A stretch of DNA of 64,000 nucleotides from the NCBI RefSeq assembly GCF_001194135.2, contig NC_068993.1, forward strand, positions 6,592,237 to 6,656,236, written 5' to 3'. Shown piece after piece: positions 52,679 through 64,000 of this stretch. The stretch's first letter is position 1; each line of letters starts with the position of its first letter. The notes below the pieces were generated by a model. The model ran no database searches. It worked only from the letters and a program-made list of their open reading frames with translations, and was not told the DNA's origin. The position numbers were made by a program, and so were the translations under genes. Source of the DNA: Octopus bimaculoides (Eukaryota).

Positions 52679-54118
52679 CTTTCTTTTATTAGCCACACAT
52701 GGCTGCACACAGAGGGGACAAATACAACTGTAGAGCTTTTCTTTAAAAAAAAATATTAATAATAATAATAATAAAATAATAAAAAAAGGTAAAATAAAAA
52801 TTAAAAAATCTGANNNNNNNNNNNNNNNNNNNNNNNNNNNNNNNNNNNNNNNNNNNNNNNNNNNNNNNNNNNNNNNNNNNNNNNNNNNNNNNNNNNNNNN
52901 NNNNNNNNNNNNNNNNNNNNNNNNNNNNNNNNNNNNNNNNNNNNNNNNNNNNNNNNNNNNNNNNNNNNNNNNNNNNNNNNNNNNNNNNNNNNNNNNNNNN
53001 NNNNNNNNNNNNNNNNNNNNNNNNNNNNNNNNNNNNNNNNNNNNNNNNNNNNNNNNNNNNNNNNNNNNNNNNNNNNNNNNNNNNNNNNNNNNNNNNNNNN
53101 NNNNNNNNNNNNNNNNNNNNNNNNNNNNNNNNNNNNNNNNNNNNNNNNNNNNNNNNNNNNNNNNNNNNNNNNNNNNNNNNNNNNNNNNNNNNNNNNNNNN
53201 NNNNNNNNNNNNNNNNNNNNNNNNNNNNNNNNNNNNNNNNNNNNNNNNNNNNNNNNNNNNNNNNNNNNNNNNNNNNNNNNNNNNNNNNNNNNNNNNNNNN
53301 NNNNNNNNNNNNNNNNNNNNNNNNNNNNNNNNNNNNNNNNNNNNNNNNNNNNNNNNNNNNNNNNNNNNNNNNNNNNNNNNNNNNNNNNNNNNNNNNNNNN
53401 NNNNNNNNNNNNNNNNNNNNNNNNNNNNNNNNGAGAGAGAGGGGGGGAGAGGGAGGAAAGGCTAAATTCGGGAAGTGAAAATAGTGGAATACGTGGAGAT
53501 AAAAGAAAGAAACAGTGGAATTTGGACACTTCAAAGTAAATTCACACACTGTAGCGGTTTATTTGGAAGTTTCACTAAGAGAGAAGTGAGAAAGACAGAG
53601 AAAACGAGGGAGGGAAAGAGGAGGGGGAGGGGGAGAAATAGGCAAAGAGAGGTTGATAGTTCTTATAGCAAGAGTTACCAATAACTTGTAAGATATTTCA
53701 CCTGGAGATTATTATTAAGAAAAAAATATCCAAAGATAGTTTAACATGGTCCCAGATGAAACATTAACACTGCTGTCAATGTATTGAGTCCTTCTCTCAT
53801 GATTTGCAAGCACCATATGACTTAAAGACATGGCTGTGTAGTTGAGGAGCTTGCTTCCCAACCAAGTGGCCTCAGGTTCAGTCCCACCGCAAAAACACTT
53901 TGGCTGTCTTCTAATATAGCCCCGGGCCGACCAAAGCCTTGTGAGTGCATTTGGAAGATAGAAACTGAAAGGAGCCCATTGTATCTTTGTGTGTGTGTGT
54001 GTGTGTGTGTGTCTTTGTTTCTCACTGTTTGATAACCGATGTTGGTTTGTTTATGTCAGCTCTTACCATACAGCCACACATACATACACACACAGTGTGT
54101 GAGATTGCATGTGCGCAA

Positions 54119-54170
<52 letters not shown>

Positions 54171-54914
54171 TTGTATGTGTTTCTCTCCCAGGCAGTTGCT
54201 ACAGATGTGTCTAGTCCAATAGTTAGAGAGGAAATTACCAGCTTATCCTGCAGCTGTTTGCCAAATCTCTCGCTTCCAGCTGATGGATTTAGACATTCAT
54301 ATTNNNNNNNNNNNNNNNNNNNNNNNNNNNNNNNNNNNNNNNNNNNNNNNNNNNNNNNNNNNNNNNNNNNNNNNNNNNNNNNNNNNNNNNNNNNNNNNNN
54401 NNNNNNNNNNNNNNNNNNNNNNNNNNNNNNNNNNNNNNNNNNNNNNNNNNNNNNNNNNNNNNNNNNNNNNNNNNNNNNNNNNNNNNNNNNNNNNNNNNNN
54501 NNNNNNNNNNNNNNNNNNNNNNNNNNNNNNNNNNNNNNNNNNNNNNNNNNNNNNNNNNNNNNNNNNNNNNNNNNNNNNNNNNNNNNNNNNNNNNNNNNNN
54601 NNNNNNNNNNNNNNNNNNNNNNNNNNNNNNNNNNNNNNNNNNNNNNNNNNNNNNNNNNNNNNNNNNNNNNNNNNNNNNNNNNNNNNNNNNNNNNNNNNNN
54701 NNNNNNNNNNNNNNNNNNNNNNNNNNNNNNNNNNNNNNNNNNNNTTCATTAGAACAGGAATCAGTGTAGAAAAAAAAAATACAAAAAAACTTTAGATTTT
54801 TAATTTTTGCAGAAGTGGTACCGAAATGTGGTATCAGTATGTGAGTGGCAAGTGGTACAAACATGTAGTTAAAAAATGGTGTGAACATGTAGAGGAAGTG
54901 ATACCAACATGTAG

Positions 54915-55022
54915 GTGACAAAAATGGTAAGGATATAGGGATGGCAGCAGGTGACAAAAATGGTAAGGATATAGGGATGGCAGCAGGTGACAAAAATGGT
55001 AAGGATATAGGGATGGCAGCAG
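54915..55022. repeat. 36-bp unit x3 inside an about 1-kb degenerate satellite (about 54816-55860)
   Basis: GTGACAAAAATGGTAAGGATATAGGGATGGCAGCAG x3 exact; the surroundings repeat GTGGTACCAACATGT-like motifs. Confidence 0.9.
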
Positions 55023-55871
55023 GTACCAACATGTAAGTGAAGTAGCACCAAAATGTGTACAAAGTGGCACCAATATGTGGAACAAGTGTGAAATGATGAC
55101 AGAAATGACAGAAATTATGAATACTGTCATGCGATGTTATAGCAAAGTACCTTTCTTATCTATTACATGTCTTGTTCCTCAATTGGAACTGGTATTGATA
55201 GAGGAAAAAGAAACTGGCACTGACATGTGGTATTACCATGTGAGCGACAAACAGGTAGATGAAAAATGGTGCGAACAGGTAGGTGAGGCAATACCAACAT
55301 GTAAATGAAGTGACACCAATGTATTAGCGAAGGACAAATCTACATGTCAGTGGATTGGCACCATCATGTCAGCAAAAGATGTTCAAACATAGAGAAAGAG
55401 GCACCGATATGTGGGTGAACTAGTACCAGCATATGCGTGAAGCGGTACCCACAAGCAGGTGAAACTGTACCAACATGTAGGTAAAGTGGCGTGAACATGT
55501 GGGTGAGGTGGTACAAGTATGTGGGTAGAAAGTGGTTCTAACATGTGGGTACGGAGTGGTAGTAACATGTAAGTAAAGCGTTACAATTATTATGGGAGTA
55601 TTTGTACTGATACATGGGGTAGAGTATAAATTGGTATGAAGGTGTGGGGGCAAAGAAATAATCACATGGGGGTTCAGAGTGAGAGCAACATGTTAACGGG
55701 ACAAAATAGTACTAACATGTGGAATTGTAGTGGCAGTAACTTGCAGTTATAAAATGGCACCAATGTATGCGAATAAAGTGTTGTGACGCAACCCTGCGGG
55801 CATAAAGTGGCACGGGTATGAGTGTTTAGGGTGGTATTGACATGTACAAAGTGGTACAAACATCTGAGTGG

Positions 55872-56035
55872 CACTACACTCTCGGAGTGGTTGGCGTTAG
55901 GAAGGGCATCCAGCTGTAGAAACTCTGCCCAATCAGATTGGAGTCTGGTGCAGCCTTCTGGCTTGCCAGTCCCCAGTCAAACCGTCCAACCCATGCTAGC
56001 ATGGAAAGCGGACGTTAAACGATGATGATGATGAT
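55872..56035 (+). mobile_element. RTE-type LINE 3' end with (GAT)n tail
   Basis: Roughly 90% identical by eye to the reverse complement of 63776-63950. Confidence 0.75.
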
Positions 56036-56455
56036 TTATATAGAATAAAACATTCTGAAACATGTATATGGGCAGTTGTGATATTTACGGGTAAGTTGTG
56101 ATATTTATGGGCAGCTTGATATATATATATATATATATATTGGCAGTGTTGTACAACTGTAACATATAGCGGCAGTTGTGATGTTAAAGAGCTGTTATGA
56201 TGTTTCTGGGCAGTTGTGATGTTTAAGGGAAGTGTGATGTACTTTGCAGCTGTTATGCACATAGACAGGCACTTGTGATGCTTATGGCCAGTTGTGAAAC
56301 TGTCTGCCGTTTCTCCAAAGAAATAAATGAAACTTTTCCAACTTGAAGTTGAAACTGGGATCATTCAGTGAGACTTATTTGCTACCAAGCTCCAAAATAG
56401 TCCAAAACCTGTCCCAAACTGGCTCCTAATCTGATCCAACAATGTCAGCAGAGAT

Positions 56456-56661
56456 CTAACTCTTTTAGCATTCAAATTATTCGGTCAAATGTAAAGTTTA
56501 TTTATTCACCCTGTTTTTAATTAATCATGCATTATCTGGTAGCTTCAAGATTTCAATGATGTGATTGTTTAATTTTTGAGGCCAGTTCTGGCTGAGTTAA
56601 ATATAAAACATATAGAATATTTGGGCAGGAGATATATCTTGTTTAAGTGCTAAAGGGTTAA
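56456..56661. mobile_element. piggyBac-type MITE, same family, opposite orientation
   Basis: CTAA-CTCTTTTAGCATT ... GTGCTAAAGGG-TTAA; interior is the reverse complement of 44710-44905. Confidence 0.7.
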
Positions 56662-57696
56662 ATCTTCCATTGGTACACATATAGTTGTTGTTGTTGTTGT
56701 TTGTAAGACATTTCTGGAATGAAGTATGGCTGCTGGCAACTACAGCCAAATTATGGCCTAACTTGGCACATATTCTTGATTGATTACTGCAATTATTTTA
56801 TTTTAGTTTTGATTTCCATTTGATTGCTTTTGTTTGTCCTTCATCACCAACCGATCTTTCCTTTCCTCTGGTCAAACCACCATTTTTTCACCGAGTATCC
56901 CTCTTGTCCATCTGTACAGCCATCTTGCACCAACATGCCTCCCCATCAACACACTCTCCCACCAACCTCCCCTCGATCCACTTACAATGTTATCTCCCAC
57001 CATCTTACCAATGCTCCCTCTCTCTTCCTCTGTCTACATCATCATCTCCCACCAACACTCTCTCTTATCACTATCTCTCACCAACCCTCTCTCCATCTAT
57101 CACTATACCTATGTCACACCAACTCTCTCTCCCCCCACCACCGCTGCTGCCACCACTTTTTTGTTCATTCCTTCTGTTTGTCTCCATTATCTCAAATGGT
57201 TTCACTGAATCATTACCTGATAGATACTGCCACTTCTTTTAATATCCAAGACTTTGCCTGACCATTTCGACCAAACACAATCACTGCTGGTTCCACTGCC
57301 ACCACGACTACTACAAAAACCAATAACAATGGTTTCTTTATTTTTTACATCATCCTCTGTCCGTCTCTCTCTCTCACACTCTCTATTATTCAGGCATGGT
57401 TGTGTGGATTAGATGTTTACTTCCCAACTACATGGTCCTGGATTCAATCCCACTGCATGGCACCTTGGGCAAGTGTTTTCTACTATAGCCCAGGGTTGAC
57501 TAAAATCTTTGAATGGAATTGGTAAATAGAAACTGAAAGAATCCCATTATATACATATATGGTATGTATGTATATGTGTGTGTAATAGTATGTCTAGGTG
57601 AACAGATTTGTCTAACCCATGCCAACATGAACAACAGGCATAAAACATTGCCGATACACCACATGCACATGGACACATACAAAGTTTAGAACTTAC

Positions 57697-57769
57697 TTGA
57701 TGAATAAGCAGGTCTGCCAGTTCTGGATTTTGGGTTTTTAAGCTAAACAAGTGCTTAATTAGTGGGTGG
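57697..57769 (-). CDS. TRAP1: TRAP1 penultimate coding exon (1 nt + HPLIKHLFSLKTQNPELADLLIHQ)
   Basis: Acceptor tttttgtgtttctaattccag and donor CAA|GTAAGT; 73 nt, ends in phase 0 and joins the last exon in frame across an 11,156-nt intron. Matches the HSP90-family HxLIKxL...LAxLLxxQ segment (human [24 protein letters not shown]). Confidence 0.92.
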
Positions 57770-57988
57770 CTGGAATTAGAAACACAAAAAGAATAATTAT
57801 TTATCAATAAAATCTTAATTAGCGCAGAGAACTGTGGCGTTAGCAAAAGTAATACAACGTTTAGGTAAATGTTAGGTTTTTTTTTAATGAGAGATAGGTA
57901 GATAGAGAAATAAGAGAGATATACAGGTAGAAATACACACACATATGTATACAAGTAGACACACATATATGCACACACACACACAAAC

Positions 57989-58039
<51 letters not shown>

Positions 58040-58488
58040 CACATATGCGTGTGTGTGTCTGTGTGCGTGTATATATGATATACACATAAACACAGCAAGT
58101 GTATGCATGCATACATACACATAAACAAATATATACTGTAAGGTGAGGTGTGGACAGGAGAACAAGTTAAGTATGAAATATGAGAGAACAATTATGGCCT
58201 GTTGTCAGGCCAAATCCTTAAACACTTGCAGGATGTCTGGTCTTTGACCAATCAGATAGGAGAGTTTATCAGTTGGAGGGGGGTGCCACACCACAACACC
58301 CACCTCACTCCACTACTATTGTTATGGTCAGTTCCAAGGTACAGTGTGGTGGTGGTGGTGGTGGTGGTGGCGCTGTGTACTTTGCACACTGTTTACTACC
58401 TGCATTGCCACTCTTAACACCAAGACATGAAAAAATGAAGAAACCGTTAAACCAGTGGTTCTCAACCCTTTTCCACTCCTATGGACAA

Positions 58489-59090
58489 GACCTTCGAACA
58501 TTGGGCCTCACCGAGGCGATGACTTCTGACCGAGACCTTTGGAAATATGCTGTGCGTGAGAAGACCTGGCAGGCCAAGTGAGACCTAATCCAAGGCCTCT
58601 GCCAGGGGTGTAGCCAGCCCACTTATGTGTACCTTCCCTTCATTGGACACTAAACTCCGCTTGCGAAGACCTGTTGAGGCAAGTGAAATCGAAATCAAAC
58701 TAAATTCGACGACTGGCATCCATGCCAATGTCGTCTCCTTCATTGGACACGAANNNNNNNNNNNNNNNNNNNNNNNNNNNNNNNNNNNNNNNNNNNNNNN
58801 NNNNNNNNNNNNNNNNNNNNNNNNNNNNNNNNNNNNNNNNNNNNNNNNNNNNNNNNNNNNNNNNNNNNNNNNNNNNNNNNNNNNNNNNNNNNNNNNNNNN
58901 NNNNNNNNNNNNNNNNNNNNNNNNNNNNNNNNNNNNNNNNNNNNNNNNNNNNNNGCATCCAGCCATAGAAACTTTGCCAAATCAGATTGGAGCCTGGTGT
59001 AGCCATCTGGTTCGCCAGTCCTCAGTCAAATCGTCCAACCCATGCTAGCATGGAAAGCGGACGTTAAACAACAACGATGATGATGATGAT
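58489..59090 (+). mobile_element. 5'-truncated RTE-type LINE: ORF C-terminus, 3' UTR and (GAT)n tail
   Basis: Encodes DLRTLGLTEAMTSDRDLWKYAVREKTWQAK* (stop at 58581), resembling the DRxxW C-terminus of RTE-clade ORFs; continues through a gap into the common ...GGAAAGCGGACGTTAAAC(GAT)n end. Starts just after a hAT-like terminus CAGTGGTTCTCAACC at 58453. Confidence 0.75.
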
Positions 59091-59107
59091 ATATCTATAT
59101 ATATATA

Positions 59108-59146
<39 letters not shown>

Positions 59147-59375
59147 TAGTATTGAACAGTGAGAATGAGTGCTCAACACTGCATTGGTGGATAGATATTC
59201 ATTATTTGTGGGTTAACAAGGCTACCAATAGTCTCATGTAAATAGAGATGTCTACAATTTTCAAACCAGCTCAAAATGGAGATGAGTATCAGCATTCCCA
59301 AGTGGTAGGCTTGAAAATTGTAGAAATACTTCTTTACAGGTAACCACTGGTTGTCTTGTCGACCTACAAACAAAG

Positions 59376-59422
<47 letters not shown>

Positions 59423-60067
59423 GTGTGTGTATATGTGCATGTATATGTCACTTTGCTGGCTCTGACAGGCTGATATCTAGTGTATAGTGACGGAAGTCAC
59501 CCTAACACCACCACCACCACTGCCGCCGCCGCCGCCACTACAGCCACTACCACCACTACAGCCACTACCACCACTACTGCACTCATACCGTCATGCTAAA
59601 TATTATATCTCGATGTATCATTATCTAACCAGATATTCAAATCAATGAATGACCTTTCACCTTGATCACATACAAGGAGGAAGGAGAAGAGGGAAGGGGG
59701 AGGAGGAGAAGAGATAAAGTATGGGGAGAGGTGGGAGGAGGAAGAGGAGGGGGTGGGAGTGAGACACAAAAGAGAAAAGATGATGTAAATAAGGCAGGGT
59801 ATGTATTGCAAGAATGCGCGTGTTGTTAGTTGTATGTGGACGCACAAGCACACGCACACATGCACACGCACACACACACGTGCATGCACATTGGTTTGAA
59901 ATGAAGACAAATAGCAGAGATTAGAGAAGTCACAATAGTGTGACAGAAGACTTTGATACTAACAGCTAAACAACAACAACAAAGATGATGATGATGATGA
60001 TGATGATGATGGCAGTGGTAGTGGCAACGTCAACAAATACAAAAACAACAACAATAATTAGTCTTTA

Positions 60068-60116
<49 letters not shown>

Positions 60117-60600
60117 TTGTATTGATGACTCTTCAAAACACATAACAGTATCTAAAACCAGATAAAAATCTTGTCAGAACATCATCATCATCATCATCAT
60201 CATCATCAGTGCCATTGTCATTATTACGACCACCATCACCTCCACCACCACCACCACCGCTGCCGCTGCTGCAACCATCATTTTAACGTCTGCTTCTACA
60301 CGCTGGCATGAGTCAGATGGAATTTGTCGGGGTGGATTGGTTTTTCGATGGCTGGATACAGTTCCTGTCACCAAACCTCACCGGTTTCTGAGCAAGGTAA
60401 TATTTCCTTGTGACCGGACAGGCTTTTCATGGAAGACTGAAAGCGAATGGGCACCATTGTATGACGTTACCCTCAAGGTGGCATATTCAAGAAAGCATAT
60501 AAAAAGAGAGCAGAGAGAGACAGAAGAATAATGCTGGGAGTGGAAGACCAAAGAAGGAACGCAGGACAGAAATGGTGACAGGATATAACAGAGAGGAAAA

Positions 60601-60892
60601 GGAGTAAAAATTATTTTCCAACATAACACGGCAATCCTGGCTTAGGACGAATGTTGCTGTAATTTAGCCCCAGGAAACATCGTCTCCAGCTGGCTATACA
60701 ACATGATCTATGTCCTTTAATTTTCGAACAAGGGAATCTAGCACCCCCACTCTGCTCAAAGCAATATCTGTGTATCGCGATTTCTGGGTTATTTCCTTTT
60801 ATCTGCACAGAATAATTGTTCTGGGCTAAATTACAGTAACATTCGTCCTAAACCAAGACTGCTATGTTATGTTGGCAAATAATCTTTACTAC
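60601..60892. mobile_element. MITE-like element with about 75-bp inverted arms
   Basis: GGAGTAAAAATTATTTTCCAACATAACACGGCAATCCTGGCTTAGGACGAATGTTGCTGTAATTTAGCCC is mirrored by the reverse complement of 60820-60892 with scattered mismatches; no clear TSD. Confidence 0.7.
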
Positions 60893-61259
60893 AAATTACT
60901 GTTGCTGAATATCTCTCGTCGTGAGATTTAAAAATAGTAATTTTCTAATTTAGAGAGTAAAAAGGTTTTGCTTTCATGACTTTCAGCAGGAAAATAAATA
61001 CAGCTGATGAAAAAGTGATGAGGCATTCTTTTAGCTGCCCTAATAATAATAACAAAACAACAACAACAATACTACTTTCTACGAAAGCACAAGGCCTGAA
61101 ATTCTGGGGAGGGGGACTAGTTGGTTACAATAACCCCAATGTTTCACTGGTACAACCCTTGCGGTGTTCCACTGCGTGGGACTTGAACTCAGACAGAGGC
61201 AAATGAAATATTGCAAAGCATTCTGCTTGGTGTCCTAATGATTCTACCAGCTCGCTGCC

Positions 61260-61303
<44 letters not shown>

Positions 61304-61440
61304 TAATTCGTTTTATTGGCCACAAGGGCTAATATCAATTAAAAACATGTCAGGACAAAGACAGGACGAAGGTTACAAAAGGTTTTGCCCGAAAAGGTAG
61401 GAAAGCTCGTCTAAACAGAGGAAGAAAACGGAGAAAGAAT
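61260..61440 (-). mobile_element. Possible 3' end of a non-LTR retroelement (AATAAA plus (TAT)n tail)
   Basis: Minus strand ...GCCCTTGTGGCCAATAAAACGAATTAATTATTATTA...; a similar terminus lies at about 52680-52745. Confidence 0.35.
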
Positions 61441-63775
61441 AATAATAATAATGGTTTCAAATTTTAGAAGGGCATCAATTTTTTGAGGGGGAGGGGATGA
61501 GTTGATTATATTGGGCCCAAGTGTTCAACTGATTTGTAAAGTGATCTTATATAAGAATACAATATTGTATTTTATTAATACTAATAAACCTAATCCAGTT
61601 TAATCAATTATATGATTGCCAGTTTTATCTGACCCATGGATTTTTCGGCAACTATGTATCCATACACACACACAAATCCATCCTCTCACACACAAATCCA
61701 TCCTCTCACACACTAATCCATCCTCTCACACACTATTCACATTGAACTTGGAATACACAAAAGTTTACTGAAACCTCACTGGACTTCAGTCCTCAACTTG
61801 CTCTGGTTTATAAGCTACCAACTTCATCCCCTTCACTCCCCCTCCCCCCAAACAATGATAAAATAGTTGGTGTTTCTTCACAATGCAGATTAGTTGACTC
61901 CAGAAAGTTTTTATCAGTAAATGATAAAAGAAGTCACAAGAGATAACTGCCCCTGCCACTGCCACTACCACCACCACTAACATCATCCTACTAAATAGAC
62001 CACCAACACCAACACCACCACCACCATACTAAGTCCCACTATCACCACTACATCATCAACACCATGCTTAAATCTACCATCACAATAACCAGCACTACTA
62101 ACCACAATTTTCACAAACACCATAGCACCACCACCACCACAGCTGTCTATATAACAGCAACAGGAAACAGTCATGACCACTAACACCATCCCCTTAGAAC
62201 AAGTGGGTAACCTCTACTAGTACCACCACCTACAGAGCAACAAAGGGTAACCATCGCTACTACTACTACTACTACTACTACCCTCAACCCCCATGTTCCC
62301 CTACACACACACACACACACACAAAATCCAAAAGGCAGGTAAAAACAATGGTACAAATTAATTTACAAACAGAAGGGAAAATAGGTTTTATTATAAACTG
62401 GAACTCTCAAACAGATAAAAAATGCCAGTTTTGTACTTTGACTTTTCAGCTTGTGTCACTGGAGGTCAACTTGTTTGTTTAGGGTGACCTAAATAATGTC
62501 ACATGCCGGCAGTCTTGTGATCAGCAAACTGTAACAGGTTCTTGGGTAAACAGGTCACACCACAAAGCTGGTGGTGTCTGAGTTGAATGTGGAAATGGGC
62601 GTGTGTGTGTCTGTCTATGCCTGTGTGTATGTGTTAGTATATGTTCTTGTATGTGTATGCATAGGAATGTCCCTGGTAAAGGGGCACACAAGGACCAGCA
62701 ATGAAACACAGGTCTCATATCAGTATGCTAGTAATCAGTCTCAGATTTAGTTGGTTTGTCTGCCAGTACCAATTTTTATTCAAACTGATTTCATATTTGG
62801 TGTAATGATAAACTTTTATAGGCTAATGAATGACATGAAAATCATTTTCGCTAATAAATTAATAAATAAAAAGTTATTAGCAATTAAAGTTTGAAACTTT
62901 TGGGTAATTTTAGCCAATCGTAAGCCATAAATACATTCATGCCTGTTTCCATAGTAACAAGCAGAACATGAGAACTCTTTCGTCAGAGAGAAAGCATGTG
63001 TGTTGACAAATATGTTCTACACAATGCCACATGCATTGATGCTGTGTTCTGTTGCTTGTACCCTGGTCATGAGATGTGCTAAGAATAACAGCTAAAAATT
63101 TCTTGGCATAATCAGATGAATTCCCGTGTGCAGAGTACCAATTCACAAAAAATTTTCTTAAAATTCCAAATTTAAAAATAATCACAAAGGCTTGAATGTT
63201 TTATATTAAGCAGAATTTGATTTGTTTACACTTTCATATAAAAACATGAGCTATCTTCAGAATGTTGACCACAAAGTCTACAGTCATGCACAAAATGACA
63301 GCTTCCAAATTCTGTTTCCTGACTGAGTGAAAATGAGCAAACTTTTAACCTCTGTAACTTTTTAAAATCATTTTCCTGGAAAAAGTGAAGTAACTCCAGC
63401 AATTCAGCTTGGAAAAGTACATTAATGTGCCAAATTTAAAAATTTTTGATAAACTTTAATTTTTGAAATGTTGGTAGTCAAATCATCAGTTTCTTATCAT
63501 TTACTTGTTTCAGTTGTGGCCATGCTGGGGCACTGCCTTGATGGACTTTTACTCCAGTGCATTGATGCCAGTACTTATTCTATCAGACTCTTTTGCCAAA
63601 TCACTGAGTTACAGGGACATAAACACACCAACATTTGTTATCAAGCGATGGTTTAGGTATAAACACAGACACAAAAAAACATACATACATATGTGTGTGT
63701 GTGTCTGTGTGTGTGAGTAGATTTGGAAGATGGAAACTGAAAGAAGCCCGTCGTGTGTGTGTGTATATATATATG

Positions 63776-64000
63776 TCATCATCATCATCATCATCGTTTA
63801 ACGTCCGCTTTCCATGCTAGCATGGGTTGGACGATTTGACTGAGGACTGGTGAAACCGGATGGCAACACCAGGCTCCAGTCTGATTTGGCAGAGTTTCTA
63901 CAGCTGGATGCCCTTCCTAACGCCAACCACTCAGAGAGTGTAGTGGGTGCTTTTACGTGTCACCCGCACGAAAACGGCCACGCTCGAAATGGTGTCTTTT
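63776..64000 (-). mobile_element. RTE-type LINE 3' end, runs off the window
   Basis: (CAT)n CGTTTAACGTCCGCTTTCCATGCTAGCATGGGTTGG on the + strand, the reverse complement of the family 3' end. Confidence 0.8.

Larger units (their letters stand above)
2241..58954. other. Twelve assembly gaps (N runs)
   Basis: 2241-2692, 10080-10986, 19088-19229, 32178-32657, 38183-38192, 39509-40075, 42323-43111, 47495-47585, 50125-50790, 52814-53432, 54304-54744, 58754-58954; mostly flanked by microsatellites. Confidence 0.99.

Noticed and set aside
30223-55022. 30-bp and 36-bp direct repeats as a CRISPR-like array
   Set aside because: The units are contiguous with no unique spacers, in eukaryotic introns with no cas genes.
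62937-63185. 82-aa minus-strand ORF within a TRAP1 intron
   Set aside because: No similarity to TRAP1 or any family I recognise and no splice signals; its length is compatible with chance.
1-64000. Long ORFs in the supplied track ([15 protein letters not shown]-runs)
   Set aside because: They are translations of microsatellites or N-gaps with no splice context or homology. Only 30725-30955 and part of 57547-58191 overlap real exons.
57770-64000. Search for the next upstream TRAP1 exon (expected ...LEINP motif)
   Set aside because: No matching minus-strand frame was found by eye; it probably lies beyond 64000 or in a gap.

Overview
Eukaryotic, AT-rich, microsatellite- and SINE-dense genomic DNA with 12 N-gaps. 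The repeat landscape looks like an Octopus scaffold; that species call is inference. Two protein-coding genes are well supported. (1) A complete three-exon V-ATPase 16-kDa proteolipid subunit c gene (ATP6V0C, + strand, CDS 17765-17840, 28404-28587, 30748-30955; 155 aa, proton-carrying Glu138 intact). (2) The last two coding exons of the mitochondrial HSP90 TRAP1 (- strand, 57697-57769 and 46439-46540), convergent with ATP6V0C; its earlier exons lie beyond the window or in gaps. A compact ETS/CCAAT/YY1/Inr promoter lies upstream of ATP6V0C. 810 bp from the ATP6V0C ATG a divergent ATG-MKFSFQ-GTAAGT mini-exon suggests a head-to-head partner gene, possibly PWP2. The rest is mostly mobile DNA: three tRNA-headed SINE families, RTE-type LINE 3' ends with (GAT)n tails, a non-autonomous Helitron, piggyBac- and hAT-type MITEs, two long hairpin elements and minisatellites. 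I found no convincing evidence of a wholly new biological system. The best leads are the bidirectional promoter and hidden partner gene, CLEAR/MITF-type sites in ATP6V0C introns, a 78-bp dsRNA stem in a TRAP1 intron, the ATP6V0C-TRAP1 linkage, decayed hammerhead-like motifs and a weak candidate exon chain between the two genes. Almost all ORFs in the supplied track are microsatellite or N-gap artefacts. Repeat boundaries are approximate.
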